From Auanema rhodensis (lineage: Eukaryota; Animalia; Nematoda): a stretch of DNA of 64,000 nucleotides. A program made the translations under genes and the position numbers. Shown here piece by piece: positions 35,901 through 49,448 of the stretch. The stretch's first letter is position 1. Each line of letters starts with the position of its first letter. Under the pieces are notes generated by a model that saw only the letters and a program-made list of their open reading frames with translations, was not told the DNA's origin and made no database searches. The stretch is from the NCBI GenBank assembly GCA_964057225.1, contig OZ059900.1:6634001-6698000 (forward strand), read 5' to 3'.

Positions 35901-38685
35901 AGCACTCTATTTTCATGGTAGAGGTAACAAAATAGCTCGTTTTATTAGAAAGGCATTAATTTCATTTGAAAAAGGAAGTGATGTTTGTACTGATGTTGTA
36001 CTAAACGACAGGCTTTTCATCTTCCCCAACACATAGTTCAACAATCTGACAAAAGCATTATATGGCAGAGTAAGCAGACAATCATGCACGTTGGGAAGAA
36101 TTGAAAAACGATATCAGGTATGTCAAGCACAGCAAAATGCTATCAGGCATTTACCATAGTAAACAGTCGTTTCAGGGCATATCAGCTAAAGTTGCAAGTC
36201 ATGAAAATACTAGGAATGCTAGGAAACGCGGCAATTTGATCGAATTTTTACATAATATTCAACTCAACAACCATTGGGGTATACTGACTTGAATTAAAAT
36301 GTTGAACTCAATCATTCTTGACAATTGTTGCTCATAATCTAATGATGTTGCGGTTACGTTCGATGACCAGAGAGTGCTTGCATTTTTTAGAAAAAAAAGC
36401 GAAAAAAAAGAAAAATATGCCATTTGAAATTGCACAACTTCGAATTACCAAAGTTAACGCACAGAAAAGAAAAAGTCAAAAGGACATACGGGCCAAATGA
36501 GTAGGCCTGACGATAGAAAGTGGACTTTCATCAGAAAAAATTAATCAAACTTCTACACTGCTTAATCAGGCAGATTTGTTATTTTTTATTTATTCTAAGA
36601 ATAAGCAAAAGAACCCTACATGCAACATTCAAAACTGTTTTCATTTAAAGTTCCAGATTTAAGTACACAATTAGAATGATTTCAATTTACAATCTCTTAA
36701 GGTCAGCTATTGATATATTTTAGAAAACACTTATTAAATGTCCTCAACAATATTCCAATTTCCATAGGAACAGGCACAGAACATTTGTGTGTGTTAACAA
36801 AGCCTACATACAGGTAATATGACAATTATTTGCAAAAATGTGACCTCATGCTAGGTGGCTGTGAAATAGGAAAACATAACTCAGAAATCATTATAAAACA
36901 GAAAAACGGAGAAGTTTATAACTACATCTGATATTTAGAGCATTCACAATCATGTAAATTATATTTTTTAAAATCAGCATGCAATACTACAGAAATGAAA
37001 ATATACTAAAAGTAGAGTTATAAGCTATAAGCTAATTCAAGCATAGTCGAAAAATTTAGGATGAGAAAACGATAATTTGTTGAAAAGAGCTAGTTCATCA
37101 AAGTGCGAGTGATGAAGTATATGTTCTCAAGAAAAATTGGTCTAATGCCAGAAAAGACAATCGATTAAAGCAACATAATTGAAAACAATTTTCGATCAAC
37201 TCTTCAGACAAAATAATATAGCGGAATAATGCATACAGACGCATCAAAACAGCTAGATGAAATAGAAACAAGGCATCTAATTTTGAGAAAAAAACGCCAC
37301 TAGAAATAAAGAGGCATCAGAGAGCAAAAAACTGAGTATGAGAGAGTAAAAGGGGTAGGAAAAGATTGAAAGGAAAGAGTGAAAGAAAGAGCGAAAAAAT
37401 AGTTTCCATACAGTCAATAGAAATAGGTGGACATTTTGAAAATAACAAACAGGCAAGGTAATAGAGTGAAAAACAAATATGACAGATTTTCAATAGATAG
37501 CTGGAAATGAAATAGATGGCACGTTTGCGAGAGAGAGAACAAACGAAAGACTGAAAAATATTGAGAAACAGTAGAAATAATGTTGAGATAGAAGGCTGTC
37601 AGATAAATTGTAAAAGTACGAGGACCGGCAATCAAGCTAGTCAGTTAAAGATATAGAGAACAATGAATTAGAAAAGAGAGATAGAGAGAAAAACAGATGG
37701 AGACAGAGGGAGAAAATAGAAATTGAGAAAAAAAGTACGAGAATGTTAAAAATGTAATCAATAAGTAAAAAGTAGTTAAAAGCTCATTTTTATAAAAATA
37801 AAATAATAAATGGATAATTTCTTCAAGGTTTCAGGAGTCTTATTGCTACCAAATTTGATTTATATTGCAGTTTGCTTTAGTAATTTTAGTACGATTGATG
37901 AAAGATTAGAAAAAAAGCAAAAATATAATGAAAAAATACAAAGTAGTTTGGATTATATCATATATAACATTCAATAGAAGAGAAATCCTTATAAAATTCA
38001 TAAAACCTCTTTTATATTGATTCTTATATTATTGAAACGTGTTGTACTATTTTGTATTAACTATAAGTTACAATTTAACTTCAAATTAAAAATTTCTTCA
38101 ATTTTTATTTTGAAATTGAATGAAATAAACTAATGAATTTCATCACAAGATTTCATGAAGCAATAACTGTAACTTGTAGGTAGAGAGGATCAAAGGCTGG
38201 TAAGGGGATTGCTAGTGGATAGAAATTGAAAACGATCATGAGAATACTATTAAGTCTCATAAATGTAGTTAAACGGACAGAACGAGTGAAACACAGTAAT
38301 AGAAAGAGAAAAACATAGAGAAACAGAGAAAGAAAGAGAGAGAGAGAGAGAGAAATAGAAAAATTGATAGGTAGATGAGACAACAAATTGATGTGACACA
38401 TCTGCATTATTGCTATCATAAAAAAACTAGAGAAAGTCTATTTTTAAAGTTATATGAAACAAATAGATTAACAAATAGATATATGATTAACTTGGAAAAA
38501 AATCAATAATTGTAATTATTGGTTGGGAAATCGTACGCGATGTACCTTTCATACACTTTACGGATCAACCACAGGTTAAGAAAATAATTACTCTGTCTAC
38601 ACAAAAATAGAGAAATTACATGATATCTCAACGCAAAAATGCGAAATATGTACAATTTTAGCTATGCTTTGTATGCATGTGCCAA

Positions 38686-38692
<7 letters not shown>

Positions 38693-38717
<25 letters not shown>
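38693..38717. repeat. (TA)n microsatellite
   Basis: Read directly from the sequence. Confidence 0.85.
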
Positions 38718-39574
38718 GCCGTAGACCGTCTGTGTATTTTGGGCTTCGCAAACGAACGAGACAGACGCTCACCCTGGTTACTCAGCCAAACACACATATA
38801 TACACATACATGTACACTTATATGCGTATATAGATAGGCGTTTAAAAATGCTTTTATTTTAATTACTCACAATAAATCGTCCACGGAAAATTTTTATGAC
38901 TGAGCTTATATGAGACGAAAAAATATTGAAAACTGAATAAGTTAGCGTCAATAAGAGAAACAATTTAGGAGTAGCAATATTGAGAAGATGTCTTAAGGTT
39001 TTACTTAGAAATAGGTTGACCTGTTAGACGAATAGTGTGCGGCTGTTAAGCAAGAGGCTTAGTAGCATCTTACGGGCTCTCTTCTCATTAACATATGATG
39101 AATGAGATTTCAACTTCTGTTGTAAGAAATGAAAACAAGAAAGAGCCGACAGTAAAAATAACAAATCAAGAAAATGCAGGAAACGTTCAGGTTTACACTG
39201 AATACATGAAACCGTCTGTCTACAGAATAGTTAACACTACTCTTTTGATGGATACATGGTGAGAGATTTACAGGTTGACCATGTAATGAAAAAAAAGTTG
39301 CAAACGGTGGACGTTTTAGTAAAATGATCACATGACATGGAAATAAGAGAGAGGCAAATCGGACAGGAACTGATAGAGAGTCGCGGTAGAAAATGGGGGG
39401 GATTGGAAGAATAACTGCAGGGGGTTGCAGGTTGTCGGAGGGCACTGGGAAGCAAATTGAAAGCAAGTATCTAGCACAGAGTATATATTATCTGTATAGA
39501 AAATGAGAGATTCAGGAAGAATTAGAGAAAAATGAAAGAAGACCAACAGAGATAGGACAAGAAAACAAGAGAGA

Positions 39575-39609
39575 AGAGGAGAGAGATAGAGAGAGAGAAA
39601 GAGAGAGAG
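39575..39609. repeat. Imperfect (GA)n microsatellite
   Basis: Read directly from the sequence. Confidence 0.8.
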
Positions 39610-39620
39610 GGACGACTAAC

Positions 39621-39780
39621 TCAACCTCTCACTGCTATTCGGGCTATCCGCGAATCGAAGACCGCGGCGCCACGCATACACAAACGATGGCGATGTCGAC
39701 GACCACAGCAACGACTTCGACAGCGACGACGACGACAACGACGATACACACACAGACACACGCGCATACACGCAGATGTC
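39621..39780 (-). promoter_or_regulatory. CpG-rich block ending in a splice donor; candidate non-coding upstream exon/promoter of unkempt
   Basis: GC-rich, (GAC/CGA)n-like block in an AT-rich background. Donor ga|gttagt at 39620 is followed by a TC microsatellite on the minus strand. Confidence 0.35.
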
Positions 39781-42700
39781 AACACACATAAAGAAGAGAT
39801 GAAAAAACTAAGAAAGAAGAAAACGATCGAAAACTGTATGGAGGTACTTTGCTCTGGTTCTACATAGAGAGAGAAAGGACCGGATTGGAAAAAAACTGAA
39901 GATGACCGGCGATAAAAATGAAAAAGAGAGGAGAGCAGAAAGTAATATAACAACACAGCTTTGATGAGGAAGAGCGTCAAAGACGTGAATTGGTATGAAT
40001 ATAGCTGCATCTCTGCCTGAAGCAATAAAAGTAAATAAGAGGAATACGAAGAAGCCATTCATTATATAGCCAGCATATCTGCTGATATATTTCTGGATAT
40101 TTGTTGCAAAATTTTTTCAACAAAAACTATATAATTCTAATTTATTTTATGATATTACACACTCTGTGAGCATTGTAGAAAATTTGCAAGAGCCCAAAAC
40201 CGGTAACGATACAGGTGTAAAAATTTTTCAAAATGTTACTAAAAAGGAAACTGTGCTCTTGAATGAAAAAATGAAAAATTTTGTAATAAAAATCGAAAAG
40301 AAAATTGTTGAAAAATCATGAATAGAGGTAGAAGAAGTGAGTGAGAGTATATGTGTGAGAATAAAGAGAAAAAACAAATACTATGCTGAACTGTGAAAAG
40401 AGAGACTGAAGTCATGATTATGATGTTGAGACAGCAGACGGGACGGCGTCAATGGGCATACACAACGGCGAAGAAGGAAATTGGCGAAAACACCGAAAAT
40501 AGCCTTGCAAAATGGCAACAGTACTTAACCTATTCAATTTGACAGTTGAAAAATAGAGCAACACGATGCGATGTGATTTGGAAGGTAATCGAAAAAAAAG
40601 AAACGAGAGAAGAAGAGAGAAAGAATGAGAGGGACAACATGGTAGAAGATAGATGGAGACAGAAGCAAGGAGTGGACATACACACCCAGATGGACAAAAG
40701 TTAGAGAATAAAATTATAATAGAAGATCGAATAGACAGTTCAATCACACAAACATAAGACTAGATAGTAGATTATTCGGACAGACTAGATGAGGTTAAAG
40801 AGGTTGCAAGAAATCAAATTAGAGAAAACGACATTGAAAAGTCAGGTTAGAGGAGAGAAAACGAAAGAAAAGGGTTTAAAGACCTCTTTCACACGTATAA
40901 AATCATATATTTTACTAAATACTGTGAGTTAGTCTGAGATTTTTGCTGCTTATATAAACTGTCGACATACATTAGCATAATAACCAGGTAGCTACACCAC
41001 AACATCATAATTGGTTTTGAAGCAATAGTACTATTAAGATGATCAAACATAAGCTGTACTTCAAAACTGTTCATACTGAAGCATTAAATTGAAACATAAT
41101 GAAGGTAATAAAAGAAAAAAGACTCTTTATAAGAAAATATTAAAATAATGAAAAATGCAAAATGATTTTTTCTTTTTGCACTGATCATCAACCTGATTTC
41201 TGCTTGTAAACTGATCAATAACGAACACAACGCGTAGGTCAGCTGTTTTGTTGTTGTGTGCACTCCGCTCGTAGTGTTTCGTGATGAGCGCGCAAATAAA
41301 AGTTTGTTCAGATCTGAGCAGATGAGCGAGTGAGCACATGACAGTAAGAGAATTAAAGAACGGTGGAGGGTAGGAAAGAAAAAAAGAAGCAAAATGATGT
41401 GTGAGAGAGAGGGAGAACCAACGGAAAAAAGGTTTTTTCAACAAAATAAATTGCGATGACGACGAAAAAGCAAGAATGTGAAGCAAAACAGACACAAAGT
41501 TAATAGCAGTTGTGATTTATAATTAGTCGAAAGCGAGAAAAGCTAGATTTAAATAGATAGAGCAAATTTTTGCGGATGTAAAGAGAAAAAAAAGTATAAT
41601 GAGACAAAAAATCGCAACAGTCAAGACGAGATGAAAGATCATATTGATGAGCATAATTCAAAATGGAAAATATATGTAAAATTGAACTAAAAATAGAAAC
41701 AGCTGCTTATATTTTGACATTTGAATTCAAATATAATGTCAAAAGACTCAAATCATAGCCACTTTGGTAACAATCCTTATATCGTGAAGTTATCTTTCTG
41801 CCGCGCCAATGTCATCAAAAAAAAAACGGTTACAAAATACATAATTGATTAATTGCGAAAACATATAAAAATAACAAATTTGTTTTGAATTTGTTTTGTA
41901 ATTATTGAATAATCTGAAGAAAATCTCAAAATCTAAATTAGGATTTTGTATGTAGTTTGTAGTTAAGCACAGAGTAACGTCAATATTCTTGGATGTTCAG
42001 ATGAGAACAAATGCAATTGCGTTTATAAAACAATGATTTAAAAATATTTCTGCAGCTGCAAACGGTTTTCAGCAGTTGGTTCACTTGTTTAGGAATTGCG
42101 TTTGACAGAAATTCAGACTTTCTCTTTTTCAATACATCTATGTCAATCTCTTCTTCTCTTATGTTGAAATATATCTATTCTTGCATGGATATCTTAGTTT
42201 TTGTTTTGAAATTCTTTTTTTCTATAGTTATAAGATTATGTGTCTTTTCTAGTAAATCTATTTCGTATAAATAAAGGGTTTCTCTCATTCTGTCTCAACA
42301 CATTCTAACCAAGAAATTATTTCTACAATGAGAAGTAAATTTTTAGGTATTTTCAGCATTACTTTTTGAAATTCTAATAAAAATATTTTTTAAAAACACG
42401 TATAAAGCTTTTGAAAGTTAATACTAAAATTCTCATTTCATTTCAGTTTTTAAGAAAAATTCACTCTACATCTGATGTCTGATGTCTGTAATAACTATCT
42501 ATCATTCCTGAAACGTTTTTATATTCCTTGTTGTCCACCACACTTCTGTTTTCTGTAGAATATCTGCTCATTCTACTTGCTTTGTTGAGAGCACCAAAAA
42601 AAATTCGACCAGATTTCGTTTGAAAGAAACCTTTTCGATCAACAGCTGGTTCAATGACCGATGGCCTACAAGTTACGCAGAAAACATCAAAACCTAGTTC

Positions 42701-45700
42701 AATTTGTAATGCTGTCTTCTACCAGAAGAGGATAAAATAAATATAATAAGAGAGTAAAGAACACTTAATTGAGCTGACTCGCAAAAGAAATCGAAGAGAA
42801 ACCTTTTGAAACGACTTCTGCTCCAAAATCCTTTGTTATACACGCGTCTATGTATATAAAGCCGTATTAGTGCTAATGATATGCTTGAATAACAAAAATT
42901 AATTAATATATAAGTCACAATCCAGCAAATTCTTATAAAATACAAAGATTAAAGAAATACAAAACGATATATCTGAACACATGACTATTTTTGATTTTAT
43001 AAAGACACATAGAAAAAAAACTGCAAAGATCATACTGACATCATTTTCAGCTTTTCGATCCAGTCATACGACAGAAGTTAATCAAAAATTCAAATAATGA
43101 TTTGACGTTAATGTCAGCGTCGTCATCATCTTTGGCATAATAATTCACTCCAAATCCATCCATCTAAGCATGATCCTATAAGCTAGCTCAATCGTAGCTG
43201 ACATATGCTCATGTGCTGATGCAAATCGGTGAATTATTTAGAAAATTCATTAAGTTGAGTGTTGCATTCTTATCTAACAAGCAACTATACTATATTTTAG
43301 TATTCAATCGAATAGAAGACTTTCGAGTATAAGGCAACAAATATTGAAAAACAAAGCTTTAGATGGCGATTATTTCAATAGAAATTGTGAAGAAAAAGAA
43401 AGAGCATAGCAACTGTTAAACAATGTATTAAAAAGAAGTAAAGTTTAGCAACACTGCTTCCGAAGAACATATAACGTTTGCCAATCATCGGGGAAGCCAC
43501 GAGTTTTTGTCAATCTTTCTCTAACTCTTTCTGTTCAACTTTCGTTCTATAATCTTCCATCTTTTCATCTACTTCTTGTCTCTCTTTGGCTTTCCTGAAT
43601 ATCCATCAAAATCTATATTCTTTTCTTATCTCTTCTTTCTAAATCTTTGCTGTTTTCTTGATTTTTTACATTTTTATGTTGGCGATCTATCTAAATTGGA
43701 CAATGTTGCATTGACACCGATAAACAGTCTCATCTGTTTCTCTATTTACCGCTATATCTCTATGCTGTTCTCATCGTCCGAATTATGCCCGAAGAACACA
43801 AACGATAATCACACGCGCAGGTCGTCTCATCTCTTCTTCAACTGTTTTACATGTTCTCTCATCTTATGCCTTTCTTTCTCCAGTTCCTTGTTATATACAC
43901 AAATTGAAATCTCGCTTCCAACTTTTTTCTTGTCAATCATCGACCAACTATGAACTTTTCTGCCCTCTTCAATTCATCTCGGGTATCGGAACTTGCTTGC
44001 TAAACGTATTTGTTAGCTTTTATTTCATTTTTTCAGCGCCAGTTCATCTATTTTTTCTTACAATTCTCTCATTCAATTGCATCAAAACTATATGAACTCT
44101 GCACCGTTTTTACTTCCTGATAGTTTTTAGTAGCTACGCTGTTCCCTCTCATTTTAGTCTTGGGCTACTTTGGTCTTCTGGCAATGTTGCCCAGAGCGTT
44201 GTCGACCCCTAACGAAACAACAACGAGCGAGCGGTTGCGCGGCGGACGTCACATGTTGGTTGGGTTGGCACGGCTGCCTCCAAATTCAAAGGAAATTTTT
44301 GGCAAACGAGAACAGAAATGAACTTGAAATAGTGAGAAGTAAAACGGATATAGAAAGAAGCAACAGATTAGGTTGAACTAGCAATATGAATTGAAAAAGA
44401 AATATTGAAAGACTGATATCAAACAACCATGAAACAGCTTATAGCTAAAAAGAAAGATAAGCTTGAGCATTTTTAATTATTATTTCAAAGATTACAATAC
44501 CATTGTAATAAAAAAATCAGAAAAAAGACAACATATAGTCAATATACGATTATATATGGAAGAAACATTATTTAACAACGTTCATCCATATTTAATCTCA
44601 GTTCCTTTATGAGAACAATGCTCTGAATTCACCTAATACATGGTAAATTGCAATAATTAAACATATTTTGAAAGGGTGCCTAATTGTTTATAAGCTTCAT
44701 TGTCTGGAAATATTTAGAGTAAAAGCGATAGTTTGAAATTGCTGTCAAGCATTTATAGCAACGTTTGTTTATTAGACCAGCTTCATAATCAAATTGCTAA
44801 AGTTTCTAAAGTTTCCACTTTCAGTTTTCTTAACTTCATTAAGCTATGATCAGGAAAAAAATAGTTCGAACGTAAGAGAGAAATTGAAGTAAAAAATCTT
44901 TTAAACAAAGAATAAAATTAGGTAAAGCAAGTGGTGAAAAGATGGAAGCAACGTTTGCAACATAAAAAGAAGAACATAAAAAGGCAAATGCTCTAGTGAT
45001 CAACATTCATTTGAATATATTAAATTATAAGAGCTATATGAATGTGTTAGTTTTCCGAATTGCTACATTAAAGAAGAAAATAAGAAAAACTAGAAAATGA
45101 AACACATAAGAAGACATTTTAATTTTACCGATTTCTTCTCGTTAAAATTGAAAGCGCAAGATTTGAAAATATGATAACAAAATCTTCAGAAGAGAACGAA
45201 CTACTAATATACAGAATGTGATGAGAGCTAAAGTGAATGAGCGGAAAAAAACGGAAAAAAATGTTGAAATTGGAGAATAACCAAAGCAGGATTAAAAGAA
45301 AGGCATCGGGTGCCCGTTTTCCTCTTTTCAGCAATGAGCTCCATATGGCTCGCTGGCCTGCTGACTGACTCGGACGGAAGCCCGATGGCAAGAAGTCGAG
45401 AATCGCAACAGAAGCTCAAATATTTTCTTGTTTTTAAACAGAAAACAGTTCGTTATTGATCAAGCAAACCAACTGCATTGGGAATTAAATTGTGAAACAA
45501 TGATACAATGAAACAATTTTAATTTTTTTTAATTGAGAAATAAATTTTAAAAAATGGAACGAAAATATGCCGTTACATGACATGGCTCACATGACTTGCT
45601 GCTGTTGCTGACATTAGCGCTTCCATACGCCTACTTCAAAATGAAGAGCAATGGTTGCATATGGCCATATGCCTCCGGTATATATATATACATTTGTCTA

Positions 45701-48700
45701 TATTACGAAACATTTTTCATTTTATTGGATGAAAAAACCCAAAGGATATGAGGAGAAAAAAAATGATAAGAAACTCAACAAATGATGAAACTAGAGCGAG
45801 GCATACGAACAATATTTCTTTCATTCTTATTCAATGATCACGCACTTCAATTTTCATATATTATATCATAGTCTCTTATTGTTTATTGCATTGAAAGGAT
45901 ACTTTGCTCATATGCTTCGCATTTACTACTAATCTTCAGCTATCGTACATACAAGTGAACCAAATAACTCTTTATGGCCGACCATCAGTATTTCTCTACG
46001 TGGAGTAGATAGATAATGAAAATCATAAGATTATTAAAGACAAATACATTATCCAAACAATGCAAGTAAACTATTATTTGTAAAAGAAACTCTTATTTTT
46101 TAATAATGAGGACATTCTGCTAAGTTTTCGCTTGGCTCTACATTTGTGAATCGTGAATATGTGCAACATTTCAGTACTTACAATATTTTTCGTTTTGCTA
46201 ATGAAACTAATTAATATACTCGAGATATAGCACATGACATATATAAGATTATATATCGGAAATTTACTAATAATGATCTAAAGCATTAAATTTCAATTAT
46301 GCTATTCCTACTGTAACATAATGATAAAACAACCTGATGAGATAAAAAAGTAAAGTAAGTTATGCTTACTGTAAAGATGAAAAGCTAAAGCTACAGTAAG
46401 ATGTTTTATAACTTGTTATGTAATAATTTATAATTATTACAGATGATGGGAGAGGATTCAGTTTGCGTGCTGGTGAAATGCTTTAAATATGAACTTTTTT
46501 CAGGATTCTGAGTGTTTGCATGATATGGAATTCATATGCATATCACATGATTTTCTATACTCAAACACTTAAGATATATACTGCAATCAATTTGAGATGC
46601 GAACGGAAATGATATAAAGTGAATAGAATGATGATAAATACACATAACATTGGCATGCTTCTGTTCAAGGCTTATATCTATATATCTAAATATACATATA
46701 GATATGTGCGTATGTGTATGCGTGTATGTGAATAGATTGAAAAGTAAACATAAGAAGCTTCTTGAATTTCATGTATGGACATTGCGAAATGAAGAGAGAT
46801 ACAGAGAAATAGAGAGAGGTGACAGAGGAAAAGGGAAAGACAGGCAGAGAACGAAAGGTGCTAGATTAGGATGGAAAACCTTATCACAAGACATAAATGT
46901 GCTTTGTGAGGCATGCTTGTCGACAAACCAACAAACAGATTGGCCTCTGTAATAGCAATCTGAGATCTGACAAATGAAATATTGAAAAAAGCATGAGCCT
47001 TAACATATAACTGAATACTGAGAGCAAAATGTGTAAAATAATGCTAAAAATGCTCAGTGGACCGATGTAATTGAATATTATGAATGAGCTATTAAGTAAG
47101 AGATAAATTAAGACGTTATAAGAGAGTTAGAAGTGATGTCATAATAGATGAGAGAATAGAGAAAGGAAATAAGTTGGCACCAACCAGATACACTGATTGT
47201 GACATATAAACATTCGCGTGCTTCATTATCACAACGATTAGTGAGTATAGTAAATAATAGATAACTATTAATGCTCTTTTTCGTTTGCGTACTTTTCCAT
47301 GTTATCTGTCGTTTTCTTAAAATTTATTAAATCAAAACAACTCTGTAAGAATCTAAAAATATTCTTGTTTTTATGATAAATAATAAGAAAAAGACTAAAA
47401 CTCTTTTGAACATTTAAAATTGTAAAAAATTTAAAAAATAAGAAGATTCAATAAGAGGAAGGAAAATTGAAGGTGTCATATAAGTGAAAAATGAAAACTA
47501 AGCATGAGAATATAACGGATATAAACCAAATGTGGGAAGGCATGTTTAATTCTAATCTTTTAATGCTTGGAGGGCGTTGCAAAATGTGTGGTTTTTTACC
47601 TCCTATTTTACCTTGTTAATGTAGTTATTGCCTAGATGCGGTGAGAGTGAAAGAGATTGAAAAGTGGAAAGATGTAAATCGAGAGAATGAATTGTTGTTA
47701 TTGAAAAGGAAAAAAAGGAAATAAGTAATCGAGAGACAGAAGAGAAAAAGTTAGAAAATGAGAGAGATTGTGAGAAAAAGAGTGAAGAGGGAGTTGTGGG
47801 AGTAGGAAGAGAACGAGATGCATGAGGCAAGCAATGGATGAAGGTTAGAGGGCAAAGAGTATTCGCAGGTAGGCCCGAGAACTAGCCGAGCGATATGTGG
47901 CCAAGGACATAGCGAGGTCGCAATGGTCTAACTAGCCAGCCGACATGGAAAAGGAATGCAAGAGGTAAAATGAAGTTGGTACTCATTTCAGGGAAGTGAA
48001 AGAAAAGGGAAAAACAGGAGATGAGAAACAAACATATAAACGATCATTCGAAAAATGAATGAAAGAAGAACGAAATATGAGAAAACTTAAAATTTGAAAG
48101 ATTAGTGAATAAGCGACCATTGAAGGCAATTAGCTGTAGAGGACAAAGAAGAATGGGAAAATCATGTTCAACTGGCAAAAATGCATGAAGAGTATGGCAT
48201 GCAGAAAAGAAAGAAAACGCTGGGTAGTCTTTTCTATTTCTCAAATTAGCTATTTTGGAATCCAAAGAAGGCTCAAGAAGAAAATGCTCTTGAGGGCGTT
48301 TCAGAAGAAGCAGAAGCAAAAAGAAAAAAAGAAAAAGAGAGGAAAATGAAAAGAAGAGGAACAAGAAAGGGAAGTAGAGAAATAGATAGACGAAGAGAAT
48401 AAGAAAGAAAAGAAGAAGAGAAGAAAGCTGTGGACAAAACGGCGTGCTAGTGACAAGTGTGTAGAGCCTAGAGAGGAAGAGAAGGGTAGGCAAGATGATC
48501 ATGATGTTGCAGTTATGTCTAAGGGAAGGAAGAAGCTTTAACCACATATGGAAACACATACCCCTATGAATTTAGCTTACACTTGAATGAGTAAAGCGAA
48601 GTAAAATGGGAGCACAACAGAGCTAGATAGTGAGAGAGTGGAAAGAGAGAAAAAGGTAAAAAGGAAGACATAGAGAATAGTAAAATTATTACTTGAGTGC

Positions 48701-49380
48701 AAATTAGAAGAGTTGAAATTAGAAAAATTGAAATGAGAACGATGAGATAAACAATAAATAAAAACATATTGAAAATACTCATAAGCTTTTTATTATGTTC
48801 TTCAAAAATAAGCGATGAAGCGCATGCATGAAACATGCCTCATATCTTGCATTTCTTCCTCTCTCTCTCATTCAGCTCTCTCAATTTTTGGTCTTTTTCT
48901 GAAACCGAGAGCGTTAGTTCTCTTATCTATTTCTTATACTCTCTCACTTTCTCGGAAACATTTTTTTAGAACAGCCACATGCAGTTAATATTTTTTCGAA
49001 TAAAACACATGATCATATATAGTATATATATATATAGGGTAATATAACAGAATATGTAAACCATATTAGCTTTTTGAGCATTCTTAGGCATAATTGGAAA
49101 AAAATAGAATATAGCTGATTATTAATTAATAAAAAGAGGATAGTAAGGAGGGAATAAGAAAATTTGTTCCAAATGAACAATCAATATTGAAAAACAATCA
49201 ATATATTTAATATGAATAATAATATTGTATTTTGAACTATAATACTACTTAAATATACTTATATATATATAGTTAGAATATATTGCATGGGGTATATGCA
49301 TGGGTAAGCAAAATGTAACGTATACTATCATGAAGATATAATAGTTTTCCAATCCATCTTGCTCTTATTCAATTTATAAT

Positions 49381-49399
49381 TATATATATATATAATATA

Positions 49400-49433
<34 letters not shown>

Positions 49434-49448
49434 TTATATATATATATA
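49381..49448. repeat. Imperfect (TA)n tract
   Basis: Read directly from the sequence. Confidence 0.85.

Noticed and set aside
45657-45672. Perfect 16-bp palindrome gcatatggccatatgc
   Set aside because: About one such palindrome is expected by chance in 64 kb.
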